From: Candidatus Hadarchaeota archaeon
Lineage (GTDB): Archaea > Hadarchaeota > Hadarchaeia > Hadarchaeales > JAGGTB01
DNA: 64,000 nt
Assembly (NCBI GenBank): GCA_964384105.1
Contig: CAYLJV010000001.1
Location: 1-64,000, forward strand
Direction of reading: 5' to 3'
This document shows, piece after piece, positions 1 through 9,030 of this stretch (position 1 is the stretch's first letter; the number at the start of each line of letters is the position of its first letter). The translations under genes were made by a program, and so were the position numbers. Under the pieces are notes generated by a model. It was given only the letters and a program-made list of their open reading frames with translations, was not told where the DNA came from and did no database searches.

Positions 1-282
1 GACAGGACTTTTCTCAAGATCAAGTATTTTTTGCAGAGAGTTTGACCAATCGACGTAATCTCGTTTGGCATCAAAGTCCGTTCTGTACTGTGAGGCGTCT
101 CTGTCTGTCTGTATCTCGATGGCGTTCTCAGAGCACTGGTCAGCGCATACTCCACAAAGAGTACAATCCTCAGCGTGTTCTATAACCGGTTCTCCTTTCT
201 CTGTCTCGAACACGTTAGCTGGGCAGATTTCCACGCATTTTTCGCAATTGATGCAATAGTCTCGATTTATTTTTATATCTAT
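1..282 (-). CDS. 2x[4Fe-4S] ferredoxin domain fused to a probable DUF169-family domain (runs off the window)
   Basis: Not in the ORF track. My minus-strand translation gives IDIKINRDYCINCEKCVEICPANVF...CTLCGVCADQCSENAI...KILDLEKSPV, with two CxxCxxCxxxC motifs. An AGGAGG SD precedes an ATA codon at 282. Confidence 0.75.
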   Translation of the reverse strand, partial: MDIKINRDYCINCEKCVEICPANVFETEKGEPVIEHAEDCTLCGVCADQCSENAIEIQTDRDASQYRTDFDAKRDYVDWSNSLQKILDLEKSPV

Positions 283-334
283 TCTGAAAACCTCCTATCG
301 GCGATGTTAAGTTTTAAGTAAAAATTCTCAAGTT

Positions 335-697
335 TTATTCCCGTAACTCATCGACTAAAGATTTTAAACGCGATACAATACGGTCCAGATTTTCTTCCGA
401 TCTAAGATCTCCACTCTTATCCATATCAAAGTCTTCTGTAATTACCACTTCTTCATCAAAGTCTATATCTGCACTCGACAAAGCTTTGCTAGCGCACTTC
501 ACCTTACAACCATTGACCGCAATATAATCATCGCTCTCTTTACCATTCTTTATGATCCCTTCTATTCCTAGTGGTAACCCTAGGGCACAGACAAAATCCG
601 TATCATTTTTGTCTTCCAAAGTGTTTATTACCGCTTTAGTTGATAACATTCCTACGTTACAGGCTCCTGAACACGGTAATAAACCAATCTTCTTCAA
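335..697 (-). CDS. DGC-domain putative zinc-binding protein
   Basis: LPCSGACNVG...VC...IAVNGCKVKCA, typical of the DGC family. Confidence 0.8.
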   Translation of the reverse strand: MKKIGLLPCSGACNVGMLSTKAVINTLEDKNDTDFVCALGLPLGIEGIIKNGKESDDYIAVNGCKVKCASKALSSADIDFDEEVVITEDFDMDKSGDLRSEENLDRIVSRLKSLVDELRE

Positions 698-717
698 ATT
701 TTATCAACTCTTTTAGA

Positions 718-975
718 TTACAGGCCAGCTTCTTTTAACGCATTTTCTAGGGTCTTCTCGCTGGGTGCAAGCCCGAGGATTTTGATGTCTCCATCAATGA
801 CAATTGCCGGAGATACATCAATCCCGTATTCTTCCGTTTTTTCGTCCGTACCCTCGTGAGTTTCTATCTCTATCCGATCTCCGTATTCTTCCTTGATCTT
901 TTCAATTCTCTTTTTCAACATTCTTCCACCGGAACAAGAGGGCTGGGATACAAAAACTTCTACAGGTATCTTCAT
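718..975 (-). CDS. Thioredoxin-fold protein, single-Cys variant (CSGG)
   Basis: Paralog of its neighbours (VEVF...PSC...YGIDVSPAIVIDG). Likely start is the ATG at 975, overlapping the upstream stop. Confidence 0.75.
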   Translation of the reverse strand: MKIPVEVFVSQPSCSGGRMLKKRIEKIKEEYGDRIEIETHEGTDEKTEEYGIDVSPAIVIDGDIKILGLAPSEKTLENALKEAGL

Positions 976-1235
976 GCTCCTGCCTCCCACAAGGCCGTTT
1001 TAAGAGATTCCTTGCTAGGGCAAACTCCCATAATCTTTATTTTTCCATCAACAACAGCTGCAGGAACTAATGTAATCTCGTACTCTTCAAGCTCGTCACA
1101 AGGTCCTTCATTCTTTACTACTTCCACATCGTCTCCATATTCTTCCTCTATCTCGTCGGCAAGTTTAAGGAGTTCTGAACAACCTGGGCATGGGGGATTT
1201 GCTGTAAAAACTTCCAGTTTGACCATTTCATTCAC
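972..1235 (-). CDS. Small thioredoxin-family redox protein (CPGC)
   Basis: PPCPGC active site; cis-Pro motif VPAAVVDG. Confidence 0.85.
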   Translation of the reverse strand: MNEMVKLEVFTANPPCPGCSELLKLADEIEEEYGDDVEVVKNEGPCDELEEYEITLVPAAVVDGKIKIMGVCPSKESLKTALWEAGA

Positions 1236-1479
1236 CTTTAAACTTTTGAATTGCTTTTCTCACTTCTTCCTCTCTCGGAACTCCTCCTTGCTTTAGGATG
1301 TTTTCCTCGATCACAGTCGTTGGAGTCATCATTATTCCCAATTCGTCGAACCGTTCATCGTTCGGTCCGAACTCCTCCACTGTAATATCTTCGAACTCTT
1401 CTGCCACTTTTTTAGCTATCTCCGAAGAGGTTTTGCATTTCTTGCAAGGTGGGTCAGAATGAAATACTTCTATTTTCAC
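1228..1479 (-). CDS. Small thioredoxin-family redox protein (CKKC)
   Basis: PPCKKC; GIMMTPTTVI...GGVP, similar to MTH895/TIGR00412. Confidence 0.85.
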   Translation of the reverse strand: MKIEVFHSDPPCKKCKTSSEIAKKVAEEFEDITVEEFGPNDERFDELGIMMTPTTVIEENILKQGGVPREEEVRKAIQKFKGE

Positions 1480-1524
1480 ATTATCACCATTAGTTTACAT
1501 TTCCTAAAGATTTATAAATATAAG

Positions 1525-1540
1525 GTTAAAATTTGTAACT
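1525..1540. promoter_or_regulatory. Putative operator GTTAAAATTTGTAACT upstream of the thioredoxin operon
   Basis: Imperfect palindrome next to a TTTATAAA/TTATA box. The 11-mer AATTTGTAACT recurs at 3033-3043, directly before the Lrp start. Confidence 0.4.
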
Positions 1541-1846
1541 GTATTTGGAGTTTCCAATCTGTAAAAGCAGATTATGGATCTTATGATCTCATCAAAGAAT
1601 CAGATGAGTTATTATCAGTAATTTCTGTAGGTTGATATACTTTTCTATCAAATGTTTTAGCTTCTATTAGGAGGTTTTTACTCTGTATTCTTTAAGTTTC
1701 AACAATTTTTTAGAATTCCCATTTCGTGGAGTGATATAAATTATCCCACTCTCTTTATTTTTCCAAAAAAATTCTTTCTACTTTTGAATTTCTATTTTTC
1801 TTATAATCTTTTACTCGACAACATGGCTTTTCCGCTTTTGGGTTTT

Positions 1847-2917
1847 TCATCCTACCATCATCTGGAAGAAAATTCCTGCCATGGTTGAGAATATGATTAC
1901 TAAAATTAGGTAAATAAGTGTCTTCTTAGCTCCTATTGTTCTCCATATTACAAGCATGTTGGGGAGACTCAATGAAGGGCCCGCAAGTAGAAGGCCGAGA
2001 GCTGCTCCAGACGTGATCACGCCCTGATTGTACCCAAACAAGTCCCCTACTATGTTAGGTTCCAGTAGAGTCGGCATATATAGAAGCCCTCCGATTATCG
2101 ACCCCATGAAAGATGGTACGACGGCACCCTCCCCCATGATGCTTCTGATCACTTCGTAGGGCATGAAGTATTTTATAACTCCGACCACGAAAACGCCTGC
2201 AAACAGGATCGGAACCAGCTGTCTCGCTAGCCACCAGGTCTCATGCATCCATTCTTTATTTTCGGCTCGAGAATATTTGGTCAGTGCGATTATAATTGTC
2301 AAAACTATAAAGATTCCGACCGGCGGCCATCTAACAATCGACGGTAGATATCCGGCGGTGGCAAACACTAATACTCCTACCATACTAACGAAAAATCCGA
2401 AACTTGCAAACCAAGACCTGTCTTCAGACTCTTCCCCTGTGTCGATAGTCGAAAGCTGCTTCGAGGATTCTCTTTTCTCCTCTCCTTCAAAAATATACCC
2501 CATTATCAAACCCACCACAATACCGATCAATACCGCACCTATAGCTCTAGCAATGCCAAGACCCACCCCAAGAATACGTGCTGTTAAAAGTATAGCAATA
2601 ATATTAATCGCCGGGCCCGAATAGAGAAAAGTTGTCGCCGGACCGATCCCTCCACCTCTCTTATAAATCCCTGCGAACATGGGAAGGATGGTACAACTGC
2701 ATACTGCTAGAACAGTCCCAGAAATGGAAGCTACACCGTGAGAAAGCCACCTCTTTACTTTATAACCGAAATATTTCAAAACCGTATCCTTTGAAACCGT
2801 TGCGGCGATTGCACCAGCAATGAAAAACGCCGGAATGAGACAAGTAACAGTGTGTTCCCTAAGATACTCAACAAGAGTCGTTAATCCTAAGCTTAATACT
2901 TCTATCCAAGCAACCAT
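1847..2917 (-). CDS. Permease, ArsP_1/DUF318 family
   Basis: AVCSCTILPMFAGIYKRGGGIGPATTFLYSGPAIN; LLLAGPSLSLPNM; multiple TM segments. Confidence 0.9.
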   Translation of the reverse strand: MVAWIEVLSLGLTTLVEYLREHTVTCLIPAFFIAGAIAATVSKDTVLKYFGYKVKRWLSHGVASISGTVLAVCSCTILPMFAGIYKRGGGIGPATTFLYSGPAINIIAILLTARILGVGLGIARAIGAVLIGIVVGLIMGYIFEGEEKRESSKQLSTIDTGEESEDRSWFASFGFFVSMVGVLVFATAGYLPSIVRWPPVGIFIVLTIIIALTKYSRAENKEWMHETWWLARQLVPILFAGVFVVGVIKYFMPYEVIRSIMGEGAVVPSFMGSIIGGLLYMPTLLEPNIVGDLFGYNQGVITSGAALGLLLAGPSLSLPNMLVIWRTIGAKKTLIYLILVIIFSTMAGIFFQMMVG

Positions 2918-2951
2918 ATTACCACATGCAAATTACAGCGTATAGTGAAGT

Positions 2952-2968
2952 GTTCCGAATAACGGAAC
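2952..2968. promoter_or_regulatory. Perfect inverted repeat GTTCCG-N5-CGGAAC between the permease TATA box and its start
   Basis: Seen in the divergent permease/Lrp intergenic region. Confidence 0.45.
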
Positions 2969-3043
2969 CGCACCTATAAACCATATAAATCGTCTAGTTA
3001 CAGGTAGAATAGACTTATATAATTTTGTATACAATTTGTAACT

Positions 3044-3601
3044 ATGTTAGATGATAAAGACAAAGAAATACTGCAACTACTTCAAAAAGATGGTAGGATG
3101 TCTCTTTCAGAGATAGGGGAAAAAATAGGTATGAGTCACGTTGCCGTTCGGAAAAGAATGAAGAAACTCCAAGAAGAGGTTCTACAAATAAATCCTGCTT
3201 TAAACTTCGAAAAACTAGGTTATAGACTCACTCTAATATCAATAGAAGCAAAAGACGATGAAGTGAGAAATGAGTTGATTGAAATTTTTCGTGAATGTCC
3301 AAGAACAATTTTTTTACTTAAAATTACGGGGGAATATAATCTGCTTGCTATTATGTTGGCAGAAAATCAAAATGTCCAAGAGAGTCAAACGGGTCAATGT
3401 GCGATAAGAACCCATCCGGGAATCCGAAGGTCAGAAATAAATATAGGAGAGGTCCCCATAAAACCAAAAAACATCCAATACGCACCTCCGCTCAAAAATA
3501 AGAAAACAGCCCCCTGCGGAGAAATTTGTGATCAGTGCCAAAGATACCAAGAAGAAAAATGTCTCGGGTGTCCTTCAACAAAATACTATCGAGAAGAATA
3601 A
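3044..3601 (+). CDS. Lrp/AsnC family regulator with Cys-rich C-terminal tail
   Basis: LDDKDKEILQLLQKDGRMSLSEIG HTH, RAM domain, tail CGEICDQC...CLGCP. Confidence 0.9.
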   Translation: MLDDKDKEILQLLQKDGRMSLSEIGEKIGMSHVAVRKRMKKLQEEVLQINPALNFEKLGYRLTLISIEAKDDEVRNELIEIFRECPRTIFLLKITGEYNLLAIMLAENQNVQESQTGQCAIRTHPGIRRSEINIGEVPIKPKNIQYAPPLKNKKTAPCGEICDQCQRYQEEKCLGCPSTKYYREE

Positions 3602-3934
3602 CTTTCAAATCGATTTTTCCCATCCCTCATGTATTAACTATAATAATACAATTCTTCTTTTTTCAGACTTTCAATCTGTTCAGAATCTAGACGGATAATA
3701 GTCTTTTCTCTCGCACTAAACGGACATCTTTCAGTGACCTGCTTTACTCCAAACTTTGTGAAAATATTTTCTCGGATAAACATGCGCATAGATGAATAGA
3801 GCTAGTAGTACATGTGTCTACAGAAACCACACTTACTGCAGATCCAAGAATGGTCTTATGATCAGTTCCAACTTTCTCCTTTGATTTTTCTAATATTTTG
3901 TTTTTAGATTTCGAAGAAATTAGTTAACATGCCT

Positions 3935-4873
3935 TCAAAATATTGAGTTCCATAGAGTCCCCAGTAAAAATGTGAGTAATCCTGCTAGGAAAAAAGCCGA
4001 GATCCATCTAAGTAATGTAAAACCAATTTTTTTGGTATTCTTGTTTCCTATTCCTTCTACCATCCCGCTTCCTATTACTGAAGCAATTATCGCTAGATTG
4101 AATGAAACGGGAACCCCTAGATGAATCCCCACCTGTGCTATTAGGCCTGAGGCGAGTAAAGCGGCTGCAGACCTTCTTGGACCGACGTTGGAATAGTCGT
4201 AGGATACCACATGTATTATCCTCGGAGAGTACATCCAGGCGCCTAAGAGGATTGAAAATCCCCCAACGAGAAGGAGATAGATTAGATTGTACCCTAGACC
4301 ACCCAATGGCCCCACTGCCAATCCAACGGATGCGGCTCCTGCAGTGTAGGCTACATAACATCCTGCTAGGAGAAGTAAGACTCTTATTGTTTTTTCAGAA
4401 TCTGCTTTTGATAAGGTCCTTCTCAGAACATAAGCTATTGAGTACCCTAGTGCGAACGCTATAAATGGTGTTAGTACCCAGAATGAAACTATAACCCTGG
4501 TAGAAGACCAAATTATACCGTTTCCGAAGCTAAAACTACTTCCGAGAACCGCACCAACGACTGTAAATGCTGTGGGCATTGGATAGTCAGTTAATACGCT
4601 AATAATAACCAATAAGGAGGCCACAATAAGGATGAAAGCTGCTTGAACCACTTGGATTTGGCCTGTGAGAACTCCCGACCCTATTGTATTGGTTACGTTT
4701 CCTCCCTGAATCACGGCCCCAGCAAATGCTAAGATTCCGGCTATAAGGGCTAGTCTCAGTCCTTTGGAGGAGCTGACGTTCACGGGAGCAAAGGCAGGGG
4801 GAACACTAGAAGCCCCTATGGATATACCCATGAATATGGCCCCAATAAAGGCTATTATCAGTACAATATCCAT
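3935..4873 (-). CDS. Inorganic phosphate transporter (PiT family)
   Basis: Two PHO4-type repeats (MGISIGA..; GAVIQGGNVTNTIG; GVPVSF); hydrophobic. Confidence 0.8.
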   Translation of the reverse strand: MDIVLIIAFIGAIFMGISIGASSVPPAFAPVNVSSSKGLRLALIAGILAFAGAVIQGGNVTNTIGSGVLTGQIQVVQAAFILIVASLLVIISVLTDYPMPTAFTVVGAVLGSSFSFGNGIIWSSTRVIVSFWVLTPFIAFALGYSIAYVLRRTLSKADSEKTIRVLLLLAGCYVAYTAGAASVGLAVGPLGGLGYNLIYLLLVGGFSILLGAWMYSPRIIHVVSYDYSNVGPRRSAAALLASGLIAQVGIHLGVPVSFNLAIIASVIGSGMVEGIGNKNTKKIGFTLLRWISAFFLAGLLTFLLGTLWNSIF

Positions 4874-4879
4874 AGAAAG

Positions 4880-5308
4880 TTACTCCGCTATCTTGAATCT
4901 CCTTTTCAGCGCGTTTCTGTACTCTTTCTCCGGAGAGCTAAATTTCATTTCAAACTCTCCATCCTTTTTTTCAAGACTTACGGAAAAGTTTCTAGCATCG
5001 AAGTAGCAGGGGTTGAAATTTAACATGAATTTGGAGTAGATTAGTTCTTCTAGGCGACTTACGAATTTTAGTAGTTCGTTTTGTTTATCCTCTATGCAAG
5101 CTGCTTTTGCTGTCCTGTCTTTTATGTCCTTTTCTTCGTCATCTTTTCTTGGTTTCCAAAAATCAAATTTATCTATGATGTCTTTGTTTTTGCTGACCGT
5201 CTTCAGCGATTTTTTTAATTCGTCAGAAAATTCAGCGATTTCTTCTATGTTTCCTCGCTTTCTTATACCAGAATTTATCTCCTCAACTTGGTGTTTGAGT
5301 TCAGTCAT
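4880..5308 (-). CDS. Conserved hypothetical protein, DUF5828-like
   Basis: RGNIEEIAEF...FWKPR...RTAKAA...LEELIY..M....CYFD resembles a haloarchaeal family (from recall). Confidence 0.5.
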   Translation of the reverse strand: MTELKHQVEEINSGIRKRGNIEEIAEFSDELKKSLKTVSKNKDIIDKFDFWKPRKDDEEKDIKDRTAKAACIEDKQNELLKFVSRLEELIYSKFMLNFNPCYFDARNFSVSLEKKDGEFEMKFSSPEKEYRNALKRRFKIAE

Positions 5309-5473
5309 TTTTTGAGGTCCACCTGCTTTTTCACGGGTGTGATTAATTAAAATTATTTAAGCTTTTCCCCTATTTTATCAAATTTAATAATCACTTTATT
5401 TTTGTTATGGGTGTAACAAAAAAATGCGAGCCCAAAGAAAAATTAAATCTTATCACAATTATACTGAGATTGT

Positions 5474-6265
5474 ATGAGTGATTTTGAGTATGGCGACAAA
5501 GCTCTGCTGATTGGCCCTAAATGTAAAAAGCATTTGATAACTCTTCAGAAAGATGATCGATTTTGCACACATAGGGGTTATATAGACCACTCTGAGTTGG
5601 TGGCTTCCAAAAATGGTGAAGAGTTGAAGACCAGTAGGGGTTTTTTTTACAAAATATTTAGGCCCACTTATATCGACTATATAAAAAACATAGAAAGAAA
5701 AGCTCAGATTATATACCCGGTAAATGCTTCAGCGATGATGGTTCTAGCGGATGTTTATCCTGGTTTAGATATTTTGGAAGCAGGAATTGGTCAAGGCGCT
5801 CTTTCGATTTCTATTCTGAGGGCCTTAGGTGAGAAGGGTAAGCTGGTTACCTATGAGATACGGGACGATTTCATCAGTCAGGCTAAGAAAATTATTTCTG
5901 ATTTTCTTGGCGATGTTAAAAATCACGAGGTTGTAAAAAAGGATATTTATCAGGGGATAGAGGGGTGTTACGATAGGGTTTTTCTGGATGTTCCCGAGCC
6001 ATGGCAAGTTGTAGATCATCTAAATTCTGGCTTGGTGAGCGGAGGGTTCGTGGTTGCTCATATTCCGACAATCTTGCAAGTAAAATCTATGGTTGATGAA
6101 CTTAGGAACAGTAGGGTCTTTACAGAAATAGAGGCTTTAGAACTCTTGAAGAGGCCGTGGAGGGTCAAAGGGCGTTCTGTAAGGCCAGAAGACAAAATCA
6201 GGGGTCATACTGGTTTTATAGTAAAGGCAAGAAAGTACAGGAGAAGAGGGGAAATAGGAGATTGA
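5474..6265 (+). CDS. trmI: tRNA (adenine-N1)-methyltransferase
   Basis: RKAQIIYP, LEAGIGQGALS, FLDVPEPW, HTGFIV. Confidence 0.92.
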   Translation: MSDFEYGDKALLIGPKCKKHLITLQKDDRFCTHRGYIDHSELVASKNGEELKTSRGFFYKIFRPTYIDYIKNIERKAQIIYPVNASAMMVLADVYPGLDILEAGIGQGALSISILRALGEKGKLVTYEIRDDFISQAKKIISDFLGDVKNHEVVKKDIYQGIEGCYDRVFLDVPEPWQVVDHLNSGLVSGGFVVAHIPTILQVKSMVDELRNSRVFTEIEALELLKRPWRVKGRSVRPEDKIRGHTGFIVKARKYRRRGEIGD

Positions 6266-6349
6266 TTTTGATACTCATTCGAAGATACACATAAAATAAG
6301 AACATTTTTATGATTTTCTTAGAATTTACGAAGTGGAGAATGAGAGAAA

Positions 6350-8662
6350 ATGAAAAACATAGCCTGGTTTGAAGACCTATCAAGCTCGGACGTCGATGTT
6401 GCTGGCGGAAAGGGTGCTAGCTTAGGGGAGATGATAAAAGCAGGTTTGCCAGTTCCACCGGGTTTTGCTGTTACAGCTCAGGCTTACAAGAAATTTATCG
6501 AGGAGACTGGCATTGCCGAGGGAATCAACGAATTGCTTGATGGAGTCGATGTCGATGACTCAGAAGCTCTAAAGAAGATCGGGAAGGAGATAAGGAATAG
6601 AATTCTCGAGGTGGAGATGCCGGAGGATATTAAACAGGATATAATTAAGGCCTACAAAGAGCTTTCCGATCGCACTGGTGAGGAAATCTCGGTAGCAGTT
6701 CGCTCTTCTGCTACTGCTGAAGATTTACCTGATGCCTCTTTTGCAGGTCAGCAGGAGACATATCTTCACATAAAAGGACCCGAAAAACTTCTCAAACATA
6801 TACAGAAGTGCTGGGCCTCTCTTTTCACTGACCGAGCTATCTTCTACCGGGAAAAAAATGATTTTGATCACAAAGCAGTCTTGATTTCTGTACTGGTCCA
6901 AAAGATGGTTGATTCGGATAAGGCGGGAGTAATGTTTACTTCGCATCCTTCCAGCAGCAATAGCGAACAGGTTGTGATAGAGTCTAACTGGGGTTTGGGT
7001 GAGGCTGTTGTATCCGGTTCCGTTACTCCTGACACTTATATTGTGGATAAGAAGACGGGAGAAATCCTTGAAGCTAATATTGGTTCAAAGGAGGCTATGG
7101 TGGTTAGGGATCCTGACACGGGTGAAACCGTTGAGAAGCCTACCCCTTCAGAGAAGAGGGAATCCAGAGTACTGGACGAAGAAGAAACAAAGGAATTGGT
7201 GGGGCTTGGTAGAAAGCTCGAAGAGCATTATGGTCGCCCCCAGGATGCCGAGTGGGCTAAGGAAGATGGAAAGATTTATCTCGTTCAGTCTAGACCCATA
7301 ACTGTTCTTTATGGTGAGGGCAAAGAACAGGGAGAGTCTGTGGAGGAAGAAATTGGGGAAATTTTGGTCAAAGGCCTGGGTGCGAGCCCTGGGCGAGCTT
7401 CAGGTAAGGTAAAGATAATTTTTGATGCTAAGGATATAGATAAGGTCAAAGAGGGGGATGTTCTAGTAACGAAAATGACTCATCCTGATTGGGTCCCTGC
7501 AATGCGGCGCGCGGTTGCGATCGTTACGGATAAAGGTGGTTCTACTTGCCATGCGGCTATTGTTTCTAGAGAACTGGGGACTCCTTCTGTTGTTGGAGTA
7601 GGAAATGCTACCGAGGTTCTCGAGGAGGGAATGGAGGTAACCGTCGATGGTTACTCTGGGGCCGTGTATAAGGGAAGGGAAAAGATCCCTGAGAAGACTA
7701 AGGAGAAATCTCCCGCACCTTCTATAACTGCTCCTATTGTCTCAACTGCTACCGAGGTTAAAGTCAATATCAGTATACCTAGCATTGCAGAGCGGGTAGC
7801 CAGAGAAACTCAGGCGGATGGAGTTGGTCTTCTTCGAGCCGAGCATATGCTTCTGACTATTGGTAAACATCCACGTAGGCTTATCGAGGAGGGTGGAGAA
7901 GAAAAGATGCTCGAGGAGTTTGCCGATGGTATTAGGACGGTCGCAAGTGCTTTCTCGCCCCAAGATGTTTGGTATCGGACCTTGGACCTAAAAACTGCCG
8001 AGTTCCGTCATTTGGAGGGGGGCGATAAAGAACCGGAAGAGCCTAATCCTATGATCGGTTGGAGGGGTATCCGTAGATTTGTTGACCCACAAAGGCCTGA
8101 GGATCAGGAGACCCTAAAAATCGAGCTTAAAGCTATAAAGAAAGTTATGGAAGAGGGTTATTCCAATATCGGTGTAATGCTTCCTATGGCCCAGGATCCA
8201 GAGGAACTTCGAAGGTTTAAGAGGATATCTAGAGAGGTTGGATTGAAACCTCATGAAGATATAGATGTTGGAATCATGATAGAGATTCCGGCAGCGGCTT
8301 TGATTATAGAGGACTTTATTGAGGAGGGGATAGACTTTGTCAGTTTCGGGACCAACGATCTTACTCAGTTTACTTTGGCTGTTGATCGAGATAACGAGAG
8401 GATTTCAAATCTCTATAATGAATTCCATCCAGCCGTTCAGAAGTTAATTAAGAGAGTGATTGAGAAGTGCAGGGATGCGGATGTCCGAACTAGTATCTGT
8501 GGCCAGGCGGGGAGCGATCCAGAATTGGTAAGAAAGCTTGTTCGCTATGGGATTTCTAGTGTTTCCGCTAATCCTGATGCTGTTAAAGAAGTTAGGATGA
8601 TGGTTTCTAGAACTGAACAAGGAATCCTGCTTTCAAATGCTAGGAAAAACCTAGAAATATAA
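6350..8662 (+). CDS. ppsA: Phosphoenolpyruvate synthase (pyruvate, water dikinase)
   Basis: GGKGASLGEM, VAVRSSATAEDLPDASFAGQQET, TCHAAIVSRELG, SFGTNDLTQ. Confidence 0.96.
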   Translation: MKNIAWFEDLSSSDVDVAGGKGASLGEMIKAGLPVPPGFAVTAQAYKKFIEETGIAEGINELLDGVDVDDSEALKKIGKEIRNRILEVEMPEDIKQDIIKAYKELSDRTGEEISVAVRSSATAEDLPDASFAGQQETYLHIKGPEKLLKHIQKCWASLFTDRAIFYREKNDFDHKAVLISVLVQKMVDSDKAGVMFTSHPSSSNSEQVVIESNWGLGEAVVSGSVTPDTYIVDKKTGEILEANIGSKEAMVVRDPDTGETVEKPTPSEKRESRVLDEEETKELVGLGRKLEEHYGRPQDAEWAKEDGKIYLVQSRPITVLYGEGKEQGESVEEEIGEILVKGLGASPGRASGKVKIIFDAKDIDKVKEGDVLVTKMTHPDWVPAMRRAVAIVTDKGGSTCHAAIVSRELGTPSVVGVGNATEVLEEGMEVTVDGYSGAVYKGREKIPEKTKEKSPAPSITAPIVSTATEVKVNISIPSIAERVARETQADGVGLLRAEHMLLTIGKHPRRLIEEGGEEKMLEEFADGIRTVASAFSPQDVWYRTLDLKTAEFRHLEGGDKEPEEPNPMIGWRGIRRFVDPQRPEDQETLKIELKAIKKVMEEGYSNIGVMLPMAQDPEELRRFKRISREVGLKPHEDIDVGIMIEIPAAALIIEDFIEEGIDFVSFGTNDLTQFTLAVDRDNERISNLYNEFHPAVQKLIKRVIEKCRDADVRTSICGQAGSDPELVRKLVRYGISSVSANPDAVKEVRMMVSRTEQGILLSNARKNLEI

Positions 8663-8667
8663 TTTTT

Positions 8668-8958
8668 TTACAATAGCTCTAGGAAAACGACGCCGGAAAC
8701 AGCAAATAGGATACCTATTGAGAGTATCATAAATAGGGCCGACCATTTTGGTCCTTTTTCTTTAGACTGAGCGATTTCTACGGCGAGTCCAATGGCTCCG
8801 GCCAGCGACGAGAACGCTATGATTCCTTTGAAGACGGTTTGTAGAGAAAAAAGTGTCATACAAATTGCTAATATTGGGGCCATAAGTGCTACGTAGAGCA
8901 GCGGTGGTAAAGATTTTAGTTCGGCCATTTTCTTACCCGTGAATGGGTTTAGTATCAA
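8668..8958 (-). CDS. Small membrane protein
   Basis: Three hydrophobic segments. Confidence 0.55.
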   Translation of the reverse strand: MILNPFTGKKMAELKSLPPLLYVALMAPILAICMTLFSLQTVFKGIIAFSSLAGAIGLAVEIAQSKEKGPKWSALFMILSIGILFAVSGVVFLELL

Positions 8959-9030
8959 TTAATAATAAATTCACTGCTTACTCAACCTTAGAGATTAAAC
9001 CTTAGCGACGGTATATTTGTTAAAGATAAT

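Noticed and set aside
335-1479. Selenocysteine recoding in the thioredoxin/DGC genes
   Set aside because: No in-frame TGA at the Cys positions; CSGG is encoded TGT TCC GGT GGA.
3602-3934. Possible pseudogene (minus-strand WICSKCGF fragment)
   Set aside because: Short, bounded by stops, with no recognisable family; insufficient support.
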